From contig OX597824.1 in assembly GCA_951406725.2 (NCBI GenBank), positions 22,630,001 to 22,694,000 on the forward strand: a DNA stretch of 64,000 nucleotides, written 5' to 3'. Shown piece after piece: positions 54,798-64,000 of the stretch (the first letter of the stretch is position 1; every line of letters starts with the position of its first letter). The position numbers were made by a program, and so were the translations under genes. The stretch is from Octopus vulgaris (taxonomy: Eukaryota). The notes under the pieces were generated by a model. It worked only from the letters and a program-made list of their open reading frames with translations, was not told the DNA's origin and made no database searches.

Positions 54798-56251
54798 TAT
54801 GTGTGGTGGTGGTGGTGGAGGTGCGGTGATCGTAGTATATAGAAGTTGGTAATAGCGGTGATGGGGGGTGCCGGTGAAAGTAAAAGGCCGTGGTGACATT
54901 CGTACTGTTGGGAATGATGGTAGTGTTCTAAGTGAATTCATAGGGGTGGTGTTGATGTTGATACAGAAAGCAAAAAAAAGGAGGTGTTTAAATGGACAGA
55001 GTGGGAAAGACACACGCAAAAAAAAAACAACGAACGAACAAAAGGGAAAATAAACAAAACAAGCGGAAGAGGAAGAGGTAAGGGAGTCAAACGAGAGAGA
55101 CCCTACATTGTGTGTGCGCGCGCGTGAATATGTATGTATGTATGTGTGTGTGTAAGTATGTATGTATGTGTGTGTGTATATATATATATATATATAGCAG
55201 TGCAATGATGTGAGGAAAGAAGAGCAGGGATGTCTAATAGACAAAGAGAGAGCTTAAACTATAAATATATATATATAGAGTAGTAGTTGTAGAAACAAAC
55301 AATATAGGATCTTTTCCCTTTCACAATATATATAGTTACTGAGAGTTATAATAATAACAATAGCACAAAATACTGTCATCTCCCGCCGTCTTTCTTTGTC
55401 TATCTGTCTGTCTGTCTGTTTCTCTTCCCCCCCCCCCCTGGGCTTTATCATAGAAAGGAAGGAAGGAAATTGCCATGTAGCAGTAGATTAGTGTGATAAA
55501 AGGGTTGGTGGAAGGAAGTTGCCGGTGTCAACGATCGTTTGATGAAGGGCACGGTAACCCTGTACTCCGAAGGCACCGTCAGTACACTCATAGACACCAC
55601 ATACATACAGGCAGACACACGCGCAAGAGCAAGCGCGTGCATACATTCACCGAGTTCAGTGAAAGACACGGTTAGGATTAAGGAGAAGGAGGTGGAGGAG
55701 AAAAAAAGGGACGAAGAGTAGGGTTAGGGTGACATGGTTGAATGAAAACGTGAAGACAGAAGACGAAAAATAGGTCCCCTTGACACGTCCAGAAATCAGA
55801 AATAGGAGATTTCGGTATCACCATCTTAATAAATAAAAGGGAATGTCACGGATGTTCCAAAATTTATACCACAATTTTTTGGCACCCAGACAGCTGAAAT
55901 TTTTCCATAAGGGTACATCTTGTTTTCAAAGAGGAAGCTATAAACCATGTCACTTTTTCTAAACTTTTTATTGTTTGGGAATGTTTTTAAATCTTTTCCA
56001 ACCACTAGAATATTTCCAAATTTTCTACACTTATGAAGTTAGGCATATTGATCACGAAATTAACGTTTATTTTCAGAAAGTTGGTAAGGAAAAGATTTCT
56101 CTGGTTGGGAAACATTTAAACAAGATTCCATGTCTAGACATAAAAGAAAAGCTTACAAAAACTATATACATACATACATGCATGCATACATACATACATG
56201 CATACATACATGCATGCATACATACATGCATGCATACATACATACATACAT

Positions 56252-56376
56252 GGTTTCTTTCATTTTCTGTCTACCAAATCCACTCACAAGGCTTTGGTCG
56301 GCCCGAAGGTATAATAGAAGACACTCGCCCACGGTGCCTGCCACACAGTGGGATTGAACCAGGAACCAGCCACACC
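56252..56376 (-). mobile_element. SINE family A head fragment
   Basis: CTACCAAATCCACTCACAAGGCTTTGGTCGGCCCGA match. Confidence 0.8.
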
Positions 56377-56586
56377 TGAGTATTTTTAAGAAACATAATT
56401 TAAACCATCTTTTGAAGTGTTTAGATGCCAAAATTCTGAGCCTCCAGCCAAAATTGTCTGCATCAGTTTTTGAAGAAATTTATCCAAAATAGAATTAATT
56501 CTTGTAGTTATATTTAGTCTAGTTATTTTATACATATGTATGTATGTATATATATATATATACATATATATATGTGTCTGAATGTA

Positions 56587-56633
<47 letters not shown>

Positions 56634-56642
56634 CTGAATGTA

Positions 56643-56703
<61 letters not shown>

Positions 56704-57493
56704 GTGTATAAGTATGTGTAAGTGTGTGTGTATGGTAACAACACATTTGTTAGTACTTTCTACATCACTCCTTAATCTACATACGCTTATACACACCACA
56801 CATTCTTTTACCAGCTTCAGTCAAGATTTACAACGTTGATGGAGAACCGCCAACACACATAGTTGCTTAGACTTTTCCTCAGATTTAGTTAATCAGCTAT
56901 GAATTTCCTTTCTCTAAAAATATAATAAAATAAATTTTTTTTTTTCTTTTTACACTTGAAATAAAATTTCAGTTCTTTAATAAAGACGATTATTTGCATA
57001 AAGTGTGGTAATTTTGTATGAATAGTAAAAATAAATTTAAGCATTCGACGGCGGAAAGTTCAACGAGGAAATTATGTAACGCGAGAATGCATGAAGATAC
57101 GTTCATGTGTAGAATTGTGGATACATAAAAGCGACATACATAGCAGTGATGGCTTCGTTGGCATTACCATTATCTAACTGAAAGAAGCCCGTCGTGTGTG
57201 TGTGTGTGTGTATAGGATCTTTTTCACTTTGACCGGCCCAAATGAGACATTAGTGTGGGGGGAAAAATTGACTTGGAATCCAAAAAATCATCCAGATATT
57301 TAATTAGTAACCTCAATTACAACCGGTTCAAAGTTGAGGAAAAGTCTTTTGAAAAACGAGAGCCTACCACACTCAATTTCAACAACTATGCTGACCAACT
57401 TTAACCCCTAAATATAATGTAGTTGACACAAAGCGATGATACAATACTAGCAATAAAATGAGAACTGAGCAACGAATAGTTACTCATTTTGCC

Positions 57494-57554
<61 letters not shown>

Positions 57555-57557
<3 letters not shown>

Positions 57558-58380
57558 TTAATCCAAACGAGAAAACAGAAAAAACAACACAAGGAGGTGG
57601 AACAATTAAAGTATTATTATTAGGTGCTCAGGAAAGAGGGAAGAAGGAGGGTATGACGTTTCGAGCGGAGCTCTTCGTCGGAAACATATGAGAAAGAAAG
57701 ATCCCGAGGCGGGCGGACGGAGGGAAAAGAAACGCGACTGGTTTTCACGAAGTAAACATGCATATTTATATATAGGGGGCGAAATGAGTAACATATATAT
57801 ATTGTGGGGGGCAAGGTCTCGAAAGGTGAAAACTTGAATATGATGATGATGAAGATAGATAAAGACGTGTAAAAGATGGCAAACAATAAAAATAAGGTTG
57901 ACGAAAATTTGCGGGTACGGAATTCGCTTAGTGGGTGCAAACCCAAGTTTTCCAGAATGTTCAAAACATTGATCCCACAAAAATTTTGAGTGTGAAGGAG
58001 CGCTTGCACCCTCTGCAAACCCTGTATTCTGAGCCCGTAAATGCAGAGGAAAAAAAAGAGGTCAAGCGAAAAGATTAAAACGTGAAGATCGTGTCGTATG
58101 ATAACAGAGATGCATAATATTATCAGAGACAGATGGGGATGGAGAAAGGGGGACACGCGTAAAGAGATGCAGGGAGGGCGGATGCTGTGACTGTTTGGGT
58201 GTGTATTTACGCGTGGGCGAAGTTTGAAGTTCGCAGGTTCTAAGAGACAAGCGAGGCTAGTATTTACAAGAGCGAATGTACGGCAGTTGGGGTGAAGCGG
58301 GATGAAGGGCGGGAGACAGAGGGTACTTGTGTCAATGAGGCAGAGAAAGTTCATGTGAGTGTTGGGATTACGAAGAAATA
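57555..58380 (-). mobile_element. Penelope-like 3' region / terminal repeat with hammerhead-like motif, ending at (TA)n
   Basis: Minus strand CCGACGA-A-GAGC-tcc-GCTC-GAAACGTC at ~57655-57682. End TGGATTAAC+(TA)n is also seen at 13130-13190. Upstream coding homology is very weak. Confidence 0.55.
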
Positions 58381-58614
58381 ATATTAATGTAATGGATATA
58401 TTAAAATCAGGTTAAACCATCCCATTTGTGATGAAAGCATTACCCCTGTATTGCGTGCGTGAGTGACTGTGAGTGAGTGCGAGCACGCAGAGGTTTTGTC
58501 AATCATCTGTCATCTGTATACGAAGAACATCGATCTACAAAAACAAAAAAAGCTTTTATCTTCGATCTACTCAGGGATGACAGACCGAGGGCTAAACGAA
58601 GCGACAATAATGTG

Positions 58615-59216
58615 GGATCTTTTCCTTTTGAACGGCAGTTTTCAACACAATTTCTAGTTAACTAAACACTTTTAAACTTCGTATACTGGCGCAGGAGAGG
58701 CTGTGTGGTAAGTAGCTTGTTTACCAACCACATGGTTCCGGGTTCAGTCCCACAGCGTGGCACCTTGGGCAAGTGTCTTCTACTATAGCCTCGGGCCGAC
58801 CAAAGCCTTGTGAGTGGATTTGGTAGACGGAAACTGAAAGAAGCCAGTCGTATATATGTGTATATATATATATAGATATGTATGTGTGTGTGTGTCTGTG
58901 TTTGTCCACTCCCAAAATCGCTTGACAACCGATGCTGGTGTGTTTATGTCCCCGTTACTTAGCGGTTTGGCAAAGAGACCGATAGAATAAGTACTGGGCT
59001 TACAAAAGAATAAGACCCGGGGTCGAATTGCTCGATTAAAAGGCGGTGCTCCAGCATGGCCGCAGTCAAATGACTGAAACAAGTAAAAGAGAGAAAAGAG
59101 GGAAAGAGAGTAGAATGTGTTTATAAAACATCTTTTTCTCTTGGCTTTATTGAGAAAATTCTATAGTTTGTAACATATTTCAACTTTAATTTCAAGCATT
59201 CAAAAGGAAAAGATCC
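58615..59216. mobile_element. MITE family E variant interrupted by a full SINE A (58688-59110, plus)
   Basis: GGATCTTTTCCTTTTGAA TIRs; TSD ATAATGTG/AAAATGTG; MITE sequence GTATACTGG|TAGAATG is split by the SINE. Confidence 0.92.
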
Positions 59217-59918
59217 AAAATGTGTAGGGATTAACTACATATCTAAGACAGAAAGTTATGATAAAAAAATACCCCTTCACTTCCTCACAAACTACGAAGT
59301 GGGGGGCCTAATCCGAAACTGCCAAAATAAACTACTTAAGATCTTAATAGTTTCAGCGTTCAAGATAACTCGGAATGCAATTATTGTTAAGGTTAGGTGT
59401 AACTTTCTAATAATCACCTATAATTAGACAGGGCGTGGAAAAGTAAACAGAATCGTTCAAGTACTGGATTTTTGTTGTTTTTATCTCCTATTGTTTCCTA
59501 CTTTCGGAGATATAAACCTCGTGGTTTTAATTATTTCGTTTACCTTTCCACGGTGAACTTTGAAATCTGTTTTTAAAAAAAAAAGACGCTTGTGTGTCTA
59601 TGATTAAAAAAAATCAGCCGAGTATTTGACAGATAAGAGAAAGAACCAGTCAAGTATTGTAGTCGATGAAATCGTCTAACCCCCAAACTTCATAGACCAT
59701 CGACCTCTACATGGAATCCTTGACCCCTCATCGACCCCCACCCAAGCATGTACAAGAAAATAGATAAATAATAATGATAAATAGATGTGCATTTATCGAC
59801 CACTTGAGCGGTCCCATTGACCACTTTGGAGACTCCTGGTCTAATATTTTTTCCTCTAAATACTGGACTTGTGCCAAAATTTGAAACCATTAGAGTTGTT
59901 AGCATGCCAGACGAAATG

Positions 59919-60097
59919 CCTTTCATCCTTTAGGGTCGACTTTGCTTTTGATCCTTTGGGGTCGACTTTACCTTTCATCCTTTGGGGGTCGACTTTGCCT
60001 TTCATCCTTTGGGGGTCGACTTTGCCTTTCATCCTTTGGGGGTCGACATTGCCTTTCATCCTTTGGGGTCGACTTAGCCTTTCATCCTTCGGGGTCG
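59919..60097 (+). repeat. 27-bp minisatellite derived from the SINE B core
   Basis: About 6.5 copies of GGGGTCGACTTTGCCTTTCATCCTTTG inside a SINE B. Confidence 0.92.
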
Positions 60098-60284
60098 ATA
60101 AGATAAGTACCAGTCGAGTATTGGGGTCAATGTAATCAATTTACCCACTTCTCACAAATTGCTGGCCTTGTGCCAAAATTTCAAGTCAGTATTTACAGTT
60201 TCATCTCCTTAATATTTGGGGTCGAGTCGACTATTCCCCTCCCCCACAAATTTTAGACCTTGTACCTATAGTGAAAAGGATTAT

Positions 60285-61185
60285 TATTATTATTATTATT
60301 ATTGAGTGAGAGAACAGTGTATGCTATCAAAGTGACACTGAGGTACAAATATACGAAGCCCAGTATACCCATCATGACTACCTGTCTGAAAAGGGTACAC
60401 CAGTCACATGCATCACAACCATATGTGCGTGACACGATGATCTTATATCAAGATAAACAGCACATGACCTTGCAGGTGGGGCCCAGTTAGAATTTTCTTC
60501 AGGTCGAGGAGCTCATCCTACTCAAAAGGCCCCTGAATAAGGGTCATTTAAGGATGTTGAATGAAACCCCGATGTTTCCAGGGGTGAATCATTCAAACCC
60601 CAAAGAGTCCCTCTCAACACAAGACTGATGCTCTCCTGCTACTTCTGCTTGTGATCAGTCACCAAAGGACATGCTCAACAGGTAATGGTCAAACAACTGA
60701 AAGCAAATCTGTAGTATTGAACCGAATATTTGCCATAGCCCATCTTTTATATCAAGACAAAACATGTACATAATAACACTTCCAATAACAGAGTTCTATA
60801 TTTAAGAGATGAGGAATTATGTACATTATTTACGTTTGACGGATATTTGTCCTCATCTTGTTTGTTGTTAACACAGCGTTTCTGCTGATATACCCTCCAG
60901 CCTTCATCGGGTGTCTTGGGGAAATTTCAAACCAGGCACACAAACATATGCACAAACCTGGGTTCTCATTCCTAAGGAATTTTTTTTGTTATTATTATTA
61001 TTACTATTATTATTCAGGTCACTGCCTGGAATCAAACTTGGAATCTTGGGGTTAGTAGCCTGCACTCTTGACCACAAACAAAATCAGGACAAATATCCGT
61101 CAAATGTAAATAATGAACACTTCCAATAGTTTAAGATTAGAAGCCATGAGAGCCACTGCTTGATACTGCATCGGGGCATTTATTA
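60285..61185 (-). mobile_element. Family H repeat interrupted by a 328-bp insertion
   Basis: Reverse complement of 53218-53765; flanked by (ATT)n. Confidence 0.88.
60788..61115 (-). mobile_element. tRNA-headed, hammerhead-like non-autonomous retroelement with inverted terminal segment, 13-bp TSD
   Basis: TSD AACACTTCCAATA (60775-60787 / 61116-61128); tRNA-like region 61015-61075; hammerhead-like motif 60871-60915; IR 60824-60865 / 61074-61115. Confidence 0.8.
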
Positions 61186-61404
61186 TTTTTTAGGCAGTGT
61201 GCTTGTAATATCATAATACAAACATATTCTTAACTTAAGTGTACATACAGAAGTGGAGGTGACACACATCTCATCACATCACGCATAATTGCTATCCCGT
61301 ACCACCATCCCCGTCATTACTATACACAAGTATGGCAGCCTCAGAAGACATGACTACTCGATCATGATAGGAAAGTGATGGTGCACTATGCAGAATCAAA
61401 TTTA

Positions 61405-61923
61405 CCGTAAATCCATGAGTATAGTCCACCCTTGAGTATAATACACAGGGGATTTTTAGTGGGGTGTACCTCTGAAAAACCTAAACCTTGTGTATAATAC
61501 GCACCCCTTCTCTAACTTGAGTCAAGGAGGTCTATATAACGTCCTTGGTTTGTAAACCTGTATATGGTAACGTCCTTTATTATTATTGTATGTATAACAT
61601 AATGCAAACGTGTAGCTTTTTTGCGCATTTTGTTTGCAGAAAATAAAGAAATAACAGTAATAACATTTAATAAATGTTGCTTACTGCAATTTATGGATGA
61701 TTCTTTTATGACTTCATTGCTTTCAGGCTTAGCTTAAGGTATTTTCGCGCCACAAAATACGACATCACAAAATACGTCTGAATAAACATTGCCGGACAGC
61801 AAATAGAGACTCGGACATTGCTTAGAAAATAATTTTCATTTTTAACCTCATATATAGTATGCACTAGGGATTTTGACCTTTAAATTTTGGGAAAAAATGC
61901 AGATTATACTCGAGAATTTACGG
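61405..61923. mobile_element. pogo/Tc2-like MITE, TA TSD
   Basis: TA|CCGTAAATCCATGAGTATA...TATACTCGAGAATTTACGG|TA. Confidence 0.85.
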
Positions 61924-62059
61924 TATCTATTATAGTCACCATCAACAACCAGATGACGGAGTATCTTGTAATTGATTAACCCTACTTCTACTATAGGAAT
62001 AAGAATTGGTAAGTTGGATTAGTGTAAAAGAGGCACATAAAAAATAAGAGTGACTCCCA

Positions 62060-62555
62060 GCTTCTGATCTTAACTGATTGGAAGTGTTGTCATGTATATG
62101 ATTCATCTTGGTTAAAAAGAAGGGCTACAGCAAATATTCTGCTCAATACCACAGATTTTCCATATCAGCTGTTTAACCATGACAATATGTGAATCTCTGA
62201 TCACACAGAGTAGTCGGGGAGCATTAGGGTTTATGTGTTGTGAGGAATTCTTCGGGGTTTGAATAAATTCGCCGCTGAAAACATAGGTGTTTCATTCATC
62301 ATCTTTAAATAAACATTATTCAAAGACCTTTTGAGCTGGGTGGGTTACTTGACCTGAAGAATATTCTAACTAGGCCTCACCTGCAAGTTCATGCGCTGTT
62401 TATCTTGATGAGGTCACTCTATCATGCACATGTGATTGTGAAGCATGTACCTGGTGTACTCTTATCTGATGGTTAGTCATGATGAGTATATTGGGCTTTA
62501 TATATTTGTACACCAATGTCACTTTGATGGCATGCCCTGCTCTCTCACTCAATAA
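62060..62555 (+). mobile_element. Family H repeat, diverged
   Basis: Homologous to 53255-53750. Confidence 0.85.
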
Positions 62556-62667
62556 CAATTTCGCCCAATTTTGACGTCGATGTTACTTAGTTTGGTTTGA
62601 AATAAAGAACTTGATTAGCTTAATAATCCTAACTTAATCCCAGGCAAAGCCGAGTTATACTGCTAGT

Positions 62668-63088
62668 CCTTTCTATTATTGGCACAAGGCCTGAAATTTG
62701 TGGAAAGGGGTAAGTCAATTACATCAACATCAGTACCTCAACTGGCACTTACTTTATCGACCCAGAAGGGATGAAAGGCAATGCTGACCTCGGTGGAATT
62801 TGAACTCAGAATGTAAAGATGGGTGAAATACCGCTAAGCATTTTGCCCAACAAGCTGACAAGTCTGCCAGATCACCACCTTAACAACAACAACAACAACA
62901 ACACTTTCTATAATAGGCACAAAACCCGAAATTTGGTGGGAGGGGACTAGTCAATTAGATTGACCCCAGTATTTCACTGGTACTTAATTTATTGACCTCG
63001 GAAGGATGAAAGTCGACCTTGGCAGAATTTGAACTCAGAATGTAAGCATTTTGGCCAGCATGCTAACAACTGTGCCAGCTCACCACCT
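62668..63088 (-). mobile_element. Two tandem old SINE B monomers, preceded by a Helitron 3' end fragment ending CTAG at 62666
   Basis: Family B cores with CpG decay; CCCAGGCAAAGCCGAGTTATACTGCTAG|T. Confidence 0.8.
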
Positions 63089-63222
63089 TGTAATAATGAT
63101 AATGATGAAGACGATGGTGGTGGTGGTGGTGGTGGTAAGTTTCTTTTATTTGTCACAGGAGCATCAGGTGAGGGGAGAGAAAGAGAGAGAAGGGTTGAAT
63201 GATGATAAAGGTACACATTAGA

Positions 63223-63620
63223 GCAGGTGTGTCTGTGTGGCAGGAAGTTTGCTTCTCAACCACATGGCTCTGGGTTCAATCCAACTTTGTGGCACCTTGG
63301 GCATTTCCTACTATATATAACCTGAGGCTAACCAATGCCTTGTGAGTGGACCTGGTAGACGGAAACTGAATGAAGCCCATCATGTGTATGTGTCTTTATG
63401 TTTGAATTTTGTTTCTCACTACCAGTTGACAACCCATGCTGGTGTGTTTATGGCCTCATAATATAGCAGTTCAGCAAAAAGAGACTGATGGAATAAGTAC
63501 CAGGCTAAAAAAAAAATAAATAAATAAGTACTGGGGTCGATTCATTTGACTAAAACCTCTTCAAAGCAGTACCCCAGCATGGCCACAAACTAATGATTGA
63601 AACAAGTAAAAGATAAAAGT
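63223..63620 (+). mobile_element. SINE family A, diverged full-length copy
   Basis: Head, CORE-like motif and GATTGAAACAAGTAAAAGA tail; CpG decay. Confidence 0.88.
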
Positions 63621-64000
63621 CAGAATATAGTATACAAATTATGTGGAAGCATCTATGACACAGTTGTCCTGCTGCCAAAGAACCCCTAACAATGGTCAGT
63701 CAAGGAACCCCACAGATCCAGGATCATCCTGATCCCCAAATGCACAAGCCCTCACCCAACTGTTGCTCTTCAATCTACAAGTGCATGCTCAGAGTAGATC
63801 CATTCGCCCTAACAACTTGTGTCACAGTCACCCACCTTTTTACAAATTCCCTGAGAGAGAGAGAGAGAGAAAGAGAGAACACTTCCCTCTCCACCTTCTC
63901 TTTCTTTCCAAAGTGGAACATAAAAAAAGTTGATGAGGGCTTGATGACCAAAGGTGAATATGTGTTTCCAATGATGATAAATGTTTCTTATTTTATGCAC

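Noticed and set aside
57620-58354. 244-aa ORF as a functional gene
   Set aside because: No recognisable intact domain; it overlaps a decayed Penelope-like end.
59919-60097. CRISPR-like array (also considered 2014-2240 and 10449-10665)
   Set aside because: No unique spacers, derived from SINE/LINE or microsatellite sequence, no cas genes, eukaryotic context.

Overview
This is repeat-dominated eukaryotic DNA, most likely an octopus genome. That inference comes from SINE families I recognise from memory as octopus OK/OR1/OR2-type tRNA SINEs, plus dense (TA)n/(CA)n/(CAT)n microsatellites. No intact protein-coding gene is visible: the ORF track is almost entirely microsatellite or TE read-through. 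The window holds many copies of three tRNA-headed SINE groups, about 10 5'-truncated RTE LINE 3' ends, and six copies of a GGATC-terminated MITE with 8-bp TSDs (Merlin-like). It also holds non-autonomous Helitrons, Tc1/mariner relics (DD37D and classic mariner), pogo-like and piggyBac-like MITEs, and Penelope-like relics with hammerhead-ribozyme-like motifs. Three observations stand out. (1) A 328-bp insertion with a 13-bp TSD combines a tRNA-like head, a hammerhead-like motif and a Penelope-type inverted end. (2) A SINE appears to insert repeatedly into older copies of itself. (3) CpG decay partitions the window (decayed ~1-24 kb and ~59.6-64 kb, retained between); the left edge coincides with a candidate minus-strand promoter and first two exons, and RTE copies are confined to the left domain. 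Boundaries were read by eye and are approximate unless a TSD is given.
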